64,000 bases of DNA from Candidatus Tiddalikarchaeum anstoanum (lineage in GTDB: Archaea; Nanobdellota; Nanobdellia; Tiddalikarchaeales; Tiddalikarchaeaceae). A model generated the notes under the pieces. It had not been told where the DNA came from and did no database searches. It worked only from the letters and a program-made list of their open reading frames with translations. A program made the translations under genes and the position numbers. Below are positions 30,877 to 40,963 of the stretch, one piece after another. Within the stretch, counting starts at the first letter, position 1. Every line of letters starts with the position of its first letter. The DNA lies in the NCBI GenBank assembly GCA_902385255.1, contig CABMEV010000010.1, positions 64,114 through 128,113 of the forward strand, given 5' to 3'.

Positions 30877-31902
30877 ATGATAGTTTCGCTTATAACACTG
30901 ACTGTAAGTTTCTTAGTGACTTACTTTATCACACCTCTTTTCATAAACTATTTTAACAGTATTGGGCTCGTAAACAGCGACGTTCATAAAAAAACAAAGA
31001 CAATAGTTGCAAACAGCGGGGGAATACCTGTAATCTCAGGGATAGTAATGGGCCTGTTTACTTACATAGCATTAAAGACGTTCATTTACAAGGATGCAAC
31101 AAGCCTTATAGAATTATTCAGCGCCATAACAAGCATATTAATAATAACATTCTCAGGATTCCTTGACGACTTAAACAGCAAACCCCAAAAATACGAAGGG
31201 TTCACTTACAAATCAGGCCTAAAACAATGGCAGAAACCTTTGTTTACACTGCCAGCAGTAATACCTTTAATGGTGATTAATGCAGGAGAAACTACAATGA
31301 GCCTGCCTTTGCTAGGACTTGTGAATTTCGGATTATTATACCCCTTAGTGCTCATCCCACTTGGCATAGTCGGATGCGCTAATATGGTAAACCTCCTTGG
31401 AGGATTTAACGGCTCGGAAGCAGGTATGGGCATAATATACACATTAAGCCTTGGTCTTTACGCATTATATGCGCATCAGAATATTGCTGCAATAATCTTA
31501 TTGTCTACAACAGTGAGCCTCATCGCATTTTTGAATTTTAACTTTGCACCGGCAAGAATATTATCAGGCGACAGTTTAACGTATGCTTTGGGAGGAATAG
31601 TTGCAGTGTGCGCAATACTTGGCAACATGGAGAAATTTGCACTTGTAACAATGAGCTTGTTTATAATAGAATGGATACTGAAACTACGATCCTTACATGA
31701 CTTGAAACACTTCGCGACGAGCTTGGGGCACCTTGATAAGAAAACAATGCTGATAACATCAAAATATGACAAAGTGTACTCCTTAACTCATATAGCCATG
31801 GGAAAGAATGGTTCAACAGAGAAAGTAATTGCAGTCAAACTTGTCGCGCTGCAGATACTTGTTGCAGTAATTCCATGGATACTTTTTGTCAAAATAGTAT
31901 AA
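30877..31902 (+). CDS. aglH: UDP-GlcNAc:dolichyl-phosphate GlcNAc-1-phosphotransferase (Glycos_transf_4)
   Basis: DVHK, GGI, GFLDD, NMVNLLGGFNG, FNFAPARILSGD; immediately downstream of aglB. Confidence 0.85.
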   Translation: MIVSLITLTVSFLVTYFITPLFINYFNSIGLVNSDVHKKTKTIVANSGGIPVISGIVMGLFTYIALKTFIYKDATSLIELFSAITSILIITFSGFLDDLNSKPQKYEGFTYKSGLKQWQKPLFTLPAVIPLMVINAGETTMSLPLLGLVNFGLLYPLVLIPLGIVGCANMVNLLGGFNGSEAGMGIIYTLSLGLYALYAHQNIAAIILLSTTVSLIAFLNFNFAPARILSGDSLTYALGGIVAVCAILGNMEKFALVTMSLFIIEWILKLRSLHDLKHFATSLGHLDKKTMLITSKYDKVYSLTHIAMGKNGSTEKVIAVKLVALQILVAVIPWILFVKIV

Positions 31903-31908
31903 TTTTTT

Positions 31909-32784
31909 TTATTTTGTAGTCTCAACTCTCTGCCAAACCTGTTTGAAACTCTTTTTTACCAGCCTGTCGTAAAATGTTAAAATCCATAAGTAAAGTCTTA
32001 TCGGGAATAATAACAAACTCCATACTAATTCAATGGGGTTCTTTGCGTAACTTAATGCGTAACTTGGGCCTTTTATTATTTCATTTTTCAGGCTTCGCAT
32101 TTTGACATCTTGTCTGAAATAATTATTTATCTGATGGTATCCTCCTGCACTCCTTCTTTTCTGCTTAATCCAATCTGACAAAGTTGTCGGGTATTTTACG
32201 AAAACTTCAGCCTTTGGCGAGTAAGCAGTATCGTAGCCTTTGCTCCAAACATAATGGCTGATATATGCATCTTCGCTTAACAGGTTTGGAGGAAGCTCTT
32301 TTACTATCCCTTTTCTTAATCCCAACAAGTAGCCGCTGCAGTCGATGAATAATTTTTTGCTGCTCCTCTTTAATCTTTCATTATGCGCAGCTTCAACTAA
32401 TAAATGCGACCAGTAGCCTAGCATATTATTCTTAGGGTTAATGCTGACTACTCTTCCGCTTGCGCAGCCGACGTCGCGGTTTTTGAAAGCGTCAATCATG
32501 TAATTAATGCTGTTTTTGCCAAGGTAAGTGTCGCCATCGCATAATATCATAACTTCACCTTTAGCTTGTTCAAAACCCAGGTTTAAGGCTGCAAATTTTC
32601 CAATACCTTTATCCTTGAAAATCCTCGCCTTTTTGTAAGACTCTTTTGCAGACATAAGCGTCTCCTTGTCAGGTGCGATAACTAAAACTTCAAAAGGTTC
32701 GCTTATTTTTTGAGAAGTAATCGATTTTAAGCACTTATTTATCGTTTTTTCCTCTTTATATGCGGTAACTATTATTGAAATCAT
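31909..32784 (-). CDS. Glycosyltransferase family 2 (with QxxRS motif)
   Basis: IIVTAYKEE, GKFAALN, CDGD, SED, KQKRRS. Confidence 0.88.
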   Translation of the reverse strand: MISIIVTAYKEEKTINKCLKSITSQKISEPFEVLVIAPDKETLMSAKESYKKARIFKDKGIGKFAALNLGFEQAKGEVMILCDGDTYLGKNSINYMIDAFKNRDVGCASGRVVSINPKNNMLGYWSHLLVEAAHNERLKRSSKKLFIDCSGYLLGLRKGIVKELPPNLLSEDAYISHYVWSKGYDTAYSPKAEVFVKYPTTLSDWIKQKRRSAGGYHQINNYFRQDVKMRSLKNEIIKGPSYALSYAKNPIELVWSLLLFPIRLYLWILTFYDRLVKKSFKQVWQRVETTK

Positions 32785-32818
32785 AACGTTTTAAATTGTT
32801 AGTATATTTTAAAATCTT

Positions 32819-33772
32819 ATGAAAAAGGCCGAAAAAGTTAGCAAGCATAAAAAATTCAAGTTTGACACAAGAATATTCGCAGTAATAGGAATATTAATTT
32901 TTTTATATATCATTTCAAAATCTAACCTGGCATACTTATTCTCCGTCCTTGCAAACCTTGATTATAGATTTGTAATCTTGTCATTTTTAATCACAATATT
33001 AACAATAGTGTTAAAGAGCGTGAAGTGGAAATTATTAATAACTGAGGCAAAGTTTGATTATTCTATTGCCCGTTCAATCATTGTTTGGGTTATAAGTTTC
33101 GCTTACGGTTTTATTACTCCCGGAAGGGCAGGTGACTTCATAAGGGTCTTCTACTTAAAGCAGGATGCTGATATTCCAAAAAGAAAAGGATTCATTATAT
33201 GCTTATTAGACAGGTTAGTTGACCTGGCAAGCCTGGCGATTATAACGCTGGTGCTTTATTCAGCATCAATAAACATACCATTCCAGCTAATAATGATAAT
33301 AATATTATTTTCTTTAGTGTCAGTACTCCTTGCAGTAATACTCGACAAACTGGTTAAGTACTCCCATGAAAGAATCAAATCTTTATACTATCTTTCTAAG
33401 GATTTCGTAATTGAGGTATTTAAGATGTACAGTCCAAAACAAGTGTTTTTCCCTTTCTCAATAAGTATTACAAGCTGGTTTTTCAGCTTCCTGCAGAGTT
33501 TCCTGATACTGCTTGCGATGGGAAAAACAGTTCCTTTCCTCATCTTTAGCACTGCAACATCCACGGCAATACTAGTAAGCCTTCTCCCAATAAGCATAGG
33601 AGGTCTTGGAACTACAGAGGCAACCCTTTATTTCTTTCTGTCATCTTATTTAAGCATGGAAGAGGTTATTGCATTAGCATTTGTCTCAAATGTTGTAGGA
33701 TTATGGATACCTGCCCTTATTGGTTTTGTGCTTAATGGTTTTAAAAAATTAGAAGGTGAAAAATTAAAATGA
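32819..33772 (+). CDS. LPG-synthase-TM (AglD2/flippase-like) membrane protein
   Basis: ITPGRAGDFIR, DRLVD, LLPISIGGLGTTE. Confidence 0.87.
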   Translation: MKKAEKVSKHKKFKFDTRIFAVIGILIFLYIISKSNLAYLFSVLANLDYRFVILSFLITILTIVLKSVKWKLLITEAKFDYSIARSIIVWVISFAYGFITPGRAGDFIRVFYLKQDADIPKRKGFIICLLDRLVDLASLAIITLVLYSASINIPFQLIMIIILFSLVSVLLAVILDKLVKYSHERIKSLYYLSKDFVIEVFKMYSPKQVFFPFSISITSWFFSFLQSFLILLAMGKTVPFLIFSTATSTAILVSLLPISIGGLGTTEATLYFFLSSYLSMEEVIALAFVSNVVGLWIPALIGFVLNGFKKLEGEKLK

Positions 33773-34428
33773 TCAGCGTAGTCGTGCCGACTTATAATGA
33801 GAAAGAGAGCGTCAGCGAATTCTTAAGAGTGTTAAAGCAGAATTTGAAAACAGAATTTAATGTTATCATGATAGATGACTCTAATGATAATACTGCAAAA
33901 GTTGCAGAAACATCATGCAAACAATTAGGTATTAAATCAGTAATCATCCACAGGAGAGGAAAGAAAGGCAAAGGAAGCGCAGTAGCCGACGGGCTTAAAC
34001 TCGCAAAAGGAGACACTATAGTAATAATTGATGCAGACTTGGAATACCACCCGCGCTATATAACTCCCATGATAAAAAAGTTATCAGACTGCGACGTAGT
34101 CACCGCTGTAAGGATAAGGCGTGATGTATGGTACAGGCAGATACTTGGTGCATTATTCAAATTCGCAGTAAGATTGATGTTTGGAATACCTTTCGAAACC
34201 CAGTCAGGATTGAAAGTTATGAAAAGAAGCGCTGTTAAAAACATAGAAATTGAAAGCATAGGATGGTCATGGGATGTAGAATTCATCAAAAAATTAATGA
34301 ATAATAAAGCAGTGATTTGCACGCACACAATCCCTTACACAACAAGGGAGTTTGGAAGCAGCAAGATTAATTTTTTTACGCCAATTCAGATGCTTTTAGA
34401 TTTGATTGTTCTCAGGTTTAAGTTATAA
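33769..34428 (+). CDS. GT2, DPM-synthase-like glycosyltransferase
   Basis: VVVPTYNE, IDDSND, GKGSAV, IDADLEY, TQSGLK, SKI; ATGA coupling to the flippase-like gene. Confidence 0.88.
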   Translation: MISVVVPTYNEKESVSEFLRVLKQNLKTEFNVIMIDDSNDNTAKVAETSCKQLGIKSVIIHRRGKKGKGSAVADGLKLAKGDTIVIIDADLEYHPRYITPMIKKLSDCDVVTAVRIRRDVWYRQILGALFKFAVRLMFGIPFETQSGLKVMKRSAVKNIEIESIGWSWDVEFIKKLMNNKAVICTHTIPYTTREFGSSKINFFTPIQMLLDLIVLRFKL

Positions 34429-35306
34429 CCTTCAACTATGCCTTTTATTTCAGTAAGGTAATAAATATTCATGTATATTACTGACCTAATTATTGACATT
34501 ATTAATTCGCGCAGCAGATAAAAAAACAATCTCACTGCATTATTCTTATACAAGTGCTTGAAGAAGAAATAACTCGTATTCCTGTGATACCAGTATGCCC
34601 AATCCTTTTTCCTTGAAGGATCTATGTTGCCCCCTATGCTGGAAGCATTATGAAAAACCCTGGCTTTCGGCTCGAACACAACATCGAATCCGGATTCAAA
34701 AACCCTGTACACGAATTCAGTCTCGTCCCTGTAATGGCCTTCCATCTTCTCATCCATCAACCCTATCTTTTTGATTACGCTTCTTCTGATGCTGAAATTG
34801 GAGCCGTGAAGGTGTTCAACAATAATCTTATTTTTATAATCCGGGGAAAAATTGGATATTATCTCGCCTGACCAAGTTATAGAGCCAGGCTTGTTAAAAG
34901 CAAAAAATAATCTGTGAAGAAGTGATATTTTTTCTTTAATCTCGCTTCCGCCTGCTGCGCCAACATTAACATCACAATAATCCCTCATTATATACTTGAA
35001 ATAATCCTTTTGTATTTCCGTATCGTCGTCGAAGAAGAATAATATTTCACCACGTGCTTTCTTTATCCCTAAATTCCTAGCTTTAACGCTTCCAACAGCG
35101 CTCTCTGTTTTAATCTCAACAATGTTAAGCTTGGAATCCCTGCAGACACGGCTTGTCTCATCCCTTAATTTTTTATCATTATTATTGTTTATTACAACTA
35201 CTTCAAAAGGCTTAATAGGGTTCAGGTCTAAAACTTCTATTGATTTTATGCATTTTTCGAATATTTTAGGCCTGCCGAAAGTTGGTATTATAATTGAAAC
35301 TTTCAT
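34386..35306 (-). CDS. Glycosyltransferase family 2
   Basis: SIIIPT, ARNLG, FFDDD, GSNFS, RDETEF. Confidence 0.88.
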   Translation of the reverse strand: MKVSIIIPTFGRPKIFEKCIKSIEVLDLNPIKPFEVVVINNNNDKKLRDETSRVCRDSKLNIVEIKTESAVGSVKARNLGIKKARGEILFFFDDDTEIQKDYFKYIMRDYCDVNVGAAGGSEIKEKISLLHRLFFAFNKPGSITWSGEIISNFSPDYKNKIIVEHLHGSNFSIRRSVIKKIGLMDEKMEGHYRDETEFVYRVFESGFDVVFEPKARVFHNASSIGGNIDPSRKKDWAYWYHRNTSYFFFKHLYKNNAVRLFFYLLRELIMSIIRSVIYMNIYYLTEIKGIVEGYNLNLRTIKSKSI

Positions 35307-36379
35307 TTTTTTAACAGCTCCGCGTATAATTTTTTATGTTCCTCGTAAACTTTAACCCAGCTGAATTTTTTAACCCATACTAATCCTTTCCTAGATAAAT
35401 CTTCCCGCAATTTTTTATTATTATATAATTTCATAATTTTTTCAATAAAATCCTTAATATCACCCTGTTTGAAATACTGGCATACTTCTCCGCCAGCCTC
35501 CTTTATTGCCGGCTGGTCGCTTGCCAAAACAGGCACCCCGCATGCCATACCTTCAAGTACTACAAGTCCGAAACCTTCAGACATCATGGTAGGGAAAACA
35601 ACAAGGTCGCTCTCTCCAATCAGTCTTGGAAGCTCCTTTTCAGGTATATTAATATAATACTTTATACCATCTCCTTTTTCTAAATTATTATAATACTCCT
35701 CGTCGCTGACATATCCTATAATTCTTAATTCGCACATTTTTTGAACATTTTTAGGCAGCGTATTAAACGCTTTGATTAAGAAGTCCTGTCCTTTTTCAGG
35801 GCTTATCCTTGATACGTGGCTGATTATGAATTTATTATGCTTACTTCTTGCATAGGGCTTGAATTTTTCCAAGTCAACGCCGTTTGGTATTACTTTTATT
35901 TTCTCCTTCTTAACTCCCATTTTTACCAAGTCATTCATTGTTCCGTTGCTTACAGTTATCACCTTATCTGCACGGTTAGCCTGCCAGACAAGCACTCTCC
36001 CAAGAAATTTATTGATTAACGTTTGCTTTCTGATGTTCGGGTCTATGAAGTGGCCCACATGGTGTATTGTAAGTACGAATGGCGTTTTAGACAATCTTAT
36101 ACACTCTATGTTATTTGCATGCACCAAGTCACACTTGTTGAATAAGTTTCTCAAGCTCATATTCCAAGTGTAGTAAATGTACCGAATCAGCGCATTCTTT
36201 GTCTTTAAATGCTTGAATACCGAGCTGTCTTTTGGAAAAACGTCATTATTAGTGTATCCGCTGATTATTCTGATTTTGAACTCCTTCTCAGCTTTTTTAT
36301 ATAATTCATAGAATACTTTTTCGCATCCTCCCTTGCAGTCCGGATAAAAATTCCTGGAGACAAAATTTAGAACTTTCAT
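35303..36379 (-). CDS. Glycosyltransferase family 4
   Basis: GGCE, IPNGVD, RISPEKG, EGFGLVVLEGMACGVP. Confidence 0.9.
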   Translation of the reverse strand: MKVLNFVSRNFYPDCKGGCEKVFYELYKKAEKEFKIRIISGYTNNDVFPKDSSVFKHLKTKNALIRYIYYTWNMSLRNLFNKCDLVHANNIECIRLSKTPFVLTIHHVGHFIDPNIRKQTLINKFLGRVLVWQANRADKVITVSNGTMNDLVKMGVKKEKIKVIPNGVDLEKFKPYARSKHNKFIISHVSRISPEKGQDFLIKAFNTLPKNVQKMCELRIIGYVSDEEYYNNLEKGDGIKYYINIPEKELPRLIGESDLVVFPTMMSEGFGLVVLEGMACGVPVLASDQPAIKEAGGEVCQYFKQGDIKDFIEKIMKLYNNKKLREDLSRKGLVWVKKFSWVKVYEEHKKLYAELLKK

Positions 36380-36388
36380 TTTTAAACT

Positions 36389-37936
36389 TCAGCAGCTCCT
36401 AATATCATATACTTTTGTCATTTCATAATTTTTAACAGATATGGAATTATAAGGGCATCTGGCTAGACTATTATTTATGCTGCTAACACATTCGCCGCTT
36501 CCTATCACATGCGTAATGCTTGAATTTTTTAAAATTTCAAAACTGGGGCAGGTATTAGTTCCCAGCATTAATTTAGCTATTCCAGCGTTGATGTAGTTAA
36601 CATTATTGTTAACATAGAATCCGATTAGGCCTGTAGTGCCGACCGGGTCGTATACGTTTACACCGTTTAATGAGTTTAAGTATTCGCCAACGATTCTTGA
36701 GTCAAAATTGCGAAGGTTATGGCCATCTTGGCATTCCTGGCTCGTGCATAATACGTTTTTTGCAAGCCCCATATTCGGGAAATAATATGCTGTCAATGCT
36801 AGGTCTGAGATTATTATCACTAATGAGATTATAAGCCAAAATTTGGATGCGTATTTTATTTTATTATTATCCGAGAAAACTCTTCCTGCAATTATGAAAA
36901 AAAGCATGGAGTACTGTATTCCTCTCTTTATGGATTCGTGAGCTTCGAAGAATCCGCTGAAGAGCAACAAAACTAACAAGAAGACTGAGAATGCATCATT
37001 CAATTTGATGTTTTTTATTTCTTTATATATCATATATAAAGAAGATGCTACTAGTATCCATAATAACGGATTATTGAAGAACAAAGAGTCATATAATAAT
37101 TCAAATAGTACGAAGTGGATTCCTGCTCCTCCTGCCAAGTTGTAATACTGGTATACTTTGTACGGGACGCTGAAATCAAATCCAAAGATTATTCCTAATG
37201 TCAGCGCGCTAACTCCAGCAATTATGAGAATATTTTTCAAAATAACTACGACATCAAATGATAATTCTTTCTTCAGCATCTTAATGCCAGCGATTGTTGA
37301 AAATGCTGCAAATAAAGGTATGAGAACCAAGCCGTTTAGTTTCGCGGCTGCTATGAGCCCTAAAAATACGCTGCTAATAACCAAGTCCTGCAATTTCTTT
37401 TTTTCAAGCCATAAGTAGAAAAATAGCAGCGCCAAAACAGTGTATAATATCTGGAAAATTTCAAGCAGCGCCACCCTGCTGTAGTCTATGATTAACGGGT
37501 TGAATGAGAATAGTGCAAAACTTATTAGTCCCGCTTTTTTCCCGTACATATTTTTAACCAGGAAATATATTACTACTCCGCTTATTATGCCTGCAAGCGC
37601 AGACGGCAGCCTCGCTGCAAACTCGAGTCCTTTTATCAAATCCCTGTTAACATCTATGCTTGCATAATCCATCTGTGGATAATTTCTTATAGGCGAGAAG
37701 TCGCGGTTTGACAATAAGACAATTGACAATCCTATTGGCCACTGCCCTCCAGGTGTTGCCATATCATATAATGAGACGCTGTAAGGATTGTTCAAAAAAT
37801 GTTTTATCCCAGCCGTAATAATCACAGGCTCGTCAGTAGTATAACCAACGGAGTCAAGATTGCTTAATCGGATAAAAGATGATACAATAAGCACTGCGAA
37901 GAATATTAACGTAAACTTGTCAATTTTGATTTTCAT
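36389..37936 (-). CDS. GT-C membrane glycosyltransferase (ArnT/PMT_2-like)
   Basis: TTDEP, ARLPSAL, YSRVALLE, AAKLNG; ATG 37936 in ATGA overlap with the upstream gene. Confidence 0.8.
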   Translation of the reverse strand: MKIKIDKFTLIFFAVLIVSSFIRLSNLDSVGYTTDEPVIITAGIKHFLNNPYSVSLYDMATPGGQWPIGLSIVLLSNRDFSPIRNYPQMDYASIDVNRDLIKGLEFAARLPSALAGIISGVVIYFLVKNMYGKKAGLISFALFSFNPLIIDYSRVALLEIFQILYTVLALLFFYLWLEKKKLQDLVISSVFLGLIAAAKLNGLVLIPLFAAFSTIAGIKMLKKELSFDVVVILKNILIIAGVSALTLGIIFGFDFSVPYKVYQYYNLAGGAGIHFVLFELLYDSLFFNNPLLWILVASSLYMIYKEIKNIKLNDAFSVFLLVLLLFSGFFEAHESIKRGIQYSMLFFIIAGRVFSDNNKIKYASKFWLIISLVIIISDLALTAYYFPNMGLAKNVLCTSQECQDGHNLRNFDSRIVGEYLNSLNGVNVYDPVGTTGLIGFYVNNNVNYINAGIAKLMLGTNTCPSFEILKNSSITHVIGSGECVSSINNSLARCPYNSISVKNYEMTKVYDIRSC

Positions 37937-39036
37937 TTCAGTATCCTCTCTGCTATACTCACCCAATCATATTTTTCCAGGCAAATATCCCTGTTAGTTT
38001 CGCCTATTTTTTTAGTTAATCGCTTCGATTTATATAATTTTAATACGCACTTTACAAGATCTTCATCATCGTTCGTTTTAACCCTGAAGCCGTTAATTCC
38101 ATTTTTAACCAGTTTTTGGAGGTTTCCAGCATCAGTGACTATTACTGGCTTTGCCATACTCATATACTCAAAAAGTTTCAAAGGCGAGAAGTAAAAGCCC
38201 AGCCTTTTCATAGGTTCATAATTTTCAGTGTCGGGGACATATAAGCAGACATCGCTGTCCGCTATTATTTGAGGTATCTTATTATAATTCACCCTGCCAA
38301 GGAATCTTGTATTTTCACTATTCTCTCCTGTCCCGCCTGCGAAAACAAACAATATTTTTTTGTACTTCTTCAATTTCTCTGCAGCTTTTAATATTGTCTC
38401 AACACCCTGCCATTTCGCGAACGTCCCTACAAACAAGCAGACGAACTTGTCATTCAAATTATCCCTTTTTAATTTTTCAGGATTGAAAAGTTCTGTATCA
38501 ACCCCGTTTGTAAGAACTCTTACTTTTTTAGGGCTGGCTCTCTTTGTCATTATCTTATCATGGGTGATTATTTTGTCTGCGAATTTGAACACGCAATACT
38601 CCCATATTGATGCTAATATCATCATGGTGAAGCTTATCCTTTTTTCAATATAAGGCGCGTCAACAGTCGGGTCGTTTACTTCTAGAATGGTTTTCTTGCC
38701 TAACAATTTTCCAATTACAGCACCAACACCACCGAATATCCTGTAGCGCTCGTAGACTATATCCGGTGAAAAATTATTTATCTGATATACTGAGTTAGTA
38801 ACACTTTTTAAAAATAAAACCAGCATGTTCAGCCAGTTTTTAGAACTAATACGCCAATAAACACGCCTAACTTCAATACCATCCAATACATCCTTTACTG
38901 ACTCCTCATTATTCCACTCGCAGACTATCCTGATTTCATTGCCCAATTTTTGGAAAGCTCTTGCTATACTCAATTCATGAGTGGAACCTCCAAGCCCGGG
39001 AATTGGCGTGTCCCAGGTGAAATGTAAAATCTTCAT
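37933..39036 (-). CDS. Glycosyltransferase family 4
   Basis: GGSTH, LEVN, NGVD, WQGVE, SPLKLFEYMSMAKP. Confidence 0.9.
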   Translation of the reverse strand: MKILHFTWDTPIPGLGGSTHELSIARAFQKLGNEIRIVCEWNNEESVKDVLDGIEVRRVYWRISSKNWLNMLVLFLKSVTNSVYQINNFSPDIVYERYRIFGGVGAVIGKLLGKKTILEVNDPTVDAPYIEKRISFTMMILASIWEYCVFKFADKIITHDKIMTKRASPKKVRVLTNGVDTELFNPEKLKRDNLNDKFVCLFVGTFAKWQGVETILKAAEKLKKYKKILFVFAGGTGENSENTRFLGRVNYNKIPQIIADSDVCLYVPDTENYEPMKRLGFYFSPLKLFEYMSMAKPVIVTDAGNLQKLVKNGINGFRVKTNDDEDLVKCVLKLYKSKRLTKKIGETNRDICLEKYDWVSIAERILK

Positions 39037-39072
39037 TTTATTGTTATATTAACAAGGATTATATAAAAACTT

Positions 39073-39717
39073 CTAAACATTCTTTTTCTCAAGTATGAAA
39101 AAATAATGATACGAGTTTAACACTGGCTGAAACTCTTTTTTAATATTAAAGAATTTCTTAAGCAGCCCCTTTATTTTTGCCTTTGAATACTCTTTCCTGC
39201 CCATTTCCCAATAATGCTCCTTATTTTTTTTGAAGCTTTTAGACCAGTATGGTATGCGTACAGCCATGTTCAATTTTAGGTTAATTAATGGTATGCGCAG
39301 CCTTGTTAAGTTTTCAAAATATGCACAACTATATGGTATTGAGATTATTACATTGTGTTTTGAAACGCGCCTTAGTTCCTTAAGTGCTGTTTCGACTTCA
39401 TGGAAGTCTATATGCTCAAGTATTTCGCAGGCGATTACGGTGTCAAAAGAATTGTTGCCAAAAGGGATTTTTCGTATATCCCCAACTTTGTCAGGTTTCA
39501 AGTTTTTGTCAATATCACATGTAGTTATGTCAAAACCTGACTCTTTCAAATAATTGCAGACTGTTTTATTTCCTATACCTATCTCCAATACTTTGCCTGG
39601 CTTAGTTTTGATAACTGAATCAATCTGGTAAAAATAAGAGATAAACCGTTCAACAGTGTCATAACCATTGAAATAATGGTCCTTTTCAACTTGTATACTT
39701 GGTTTTTTCAAAGCCAT
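39073..39717 (-). CDS. Class I SAM-dependent methyltransferase
   Basis: VLEIGIG, FDTVIACEILEH, EHYWEMG. Confidence 0.88.
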   Translation of the reverse strand: MALKKPSIQVEKDHYFNGYDTVERFISYFYQIDSVIKTKPGKVLEIGIGNKTVCNYLKESGFDITTCDIDKNLKPDKVGDIRKIPFGNNSFDTVIACEILEHIDFHEVETALKELRRVSKHNVIISIPYSCAYFENLTRLRIPLINLKLNMAVRIPYWSKSFKKNKEHYWEMGRKEYSKAKIKGLLKKFFNIKKEFQPVLNSYHYFFILEKKNV

Positions 39718-39720
39718 AAA

Positions 39721-40245
39721 TTATTTCCTCGCTTCAGCATAATAAGCCAATGGCATTAGGCGAAAACCATACTCTTTTATTTTAACGTCTTTAAATTTTT
39801 TAAGAATCTCCTTTAAGCCGTATTTAGTGAACCTGTAATAGTCACCTGGTTCATCATGCAGTGGGAACGCAAAAGGTATTACGAACAGGGCTACTCCTCC
39901 TTTTTTCAGCGCTTTGTAAATATTATCCACTGCTTTTTTCGTATTTATCACGTGTTCTAATACGTTAAGGCAGAGAATAATGTCAAATTCCTTGTTAAAA
40001 CGCATTGTTGTAACATCGACTAATTTATGGCCGTACTCTTTTTTAATATCAGATTGAGTGAAATTATTCGACTTGTCGAAGAATCTCCTTGTCGAGTAAT
40101 AATACTCGTCATTTTTCTTTTTCCCGCTCCCAAGCTCTAATATTTTTTTGTTTTTAACACCAGCCGCAAACTTTTTTACTTGTTCATTATTGAATCTTCT
40201 AATAGAAATTATGCTTAAACCAATGTTTTTTATGATAGTGTTCAT
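39721..40245 (-). CDS. Class I SAM-dependent methyltransferase
   Basis: ILELGSG, FDIILCLNVLEH, LKKGG, PFAFPLHDEPGDYYRFT; ATG 40245 preferred. Confidence 0.87.
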   Translation of the reverse strand: MNTIIKNIGLSIISIRRFNNEQVKKFAAGVKNKKILELGSGKKKNDEYYYSTRRFFDKSNNFTQSDIKKEYGHKLVDVTTMRFNKEFDIILCLNVLEHVINTKKAVDNIYKALKKGGVALFVIPFAFPLHDEPGDYYRFTKYGLKEILKKFKDVKIKEYGFRLMPLAYYAEARK

Positions 40246-40246
40246 C

Positions 40247-40915
40247 TTATGCAAGCTTACCTCTTATTACTGCAATTAAGAATGTCCAACAGCTTTTAAA
40301 AAAATGCAGTTTGCTCATGCCAAATCTTTGTTCTGTCTTTATTGGGATTTCAGTATACTTCATCCCGTTTTTTATTACGCGCGCAGTTAACTCAGCTTCA
40401 TAATCAAGATTGCTCGCTTTTGAAGGCAGTCCTGCAACTTTTCTATTGAATACCCTCAAACCTGAAGTGACATCAGTAACTTTATGCATTAAAATTATGG
40501 TCGTAACCCAAGCACCTAACACGTTTGCAATAGCCCTCCTCCAGGAATACCCTTTTGGAAATCCATTCATGAACCTGGAACCAACCACTATATCATAACC
40601 TGTTTCTAATTTTTTTACAAGTTTAGGTATCTCTTCAGGAGGGTATGTACAGTCTGCATCTATAGTCGCAATAATGTCATATTTTGCATTTTTATAGCCT
40701 GTCTGCAATGCATGCACTTTTCCCTTGTTCTTTTTATGCTGCAGGATTTTTGTATTCTTGTCAGCGAATTTCTTCATAATATCCCATGTTTTATCGCTTG
40801 ACCCGTCATCAATGATTATTATCTCAGCATCAGGATTTGATTTTAACACCCTTTTGTAGGTTCTTTCCAAGCCTTCTTCCTCATTAAAAGCTGGGATTAT
40901 TATTGAGTAATTCAT
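40247..40915 (-). CDS. GT2, DPM/DPG-synthase-like glycosyltransferase
   Basis: IIPAFNEE, DDGSSDKT, IDADCTYP, VGSRF, TDVTSGLR, SKL. Confidence 0.9.
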   Translation of the reverse strand: MNYSIIIPAFNEEEGLERTYKRVLKSNPDAEIIIIDDGSSDKTWDIMKKFADKNTKILQHKKNKGKVHALQTGYKNAKYDIIATIDADCTYPPEEIPKLVKKLETGYDIVVGSRFMNGFPKGYSWRRAIANVLGAWVTTIILMHKVTDVTSGLRVFNRKVAGLPSKASNLDYEAELTARVIKNGMKYTEIPIKTEQRFGMSKLHFFKSCWTFLIAVIRGKLA

Positions 40916-40963
40916 AGTTAATTTCAGAATTAGTTAATCTTTTTATATCTTTATATTTAGGAA

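Noticed and set aside
34386-34428. 43-bp convergent overlap of two GT2 genes (similar overlaps at pcm and wecC)
   Set aside because: 3'-3' overlaps are ordinary in compact genomes, and both frames look intact
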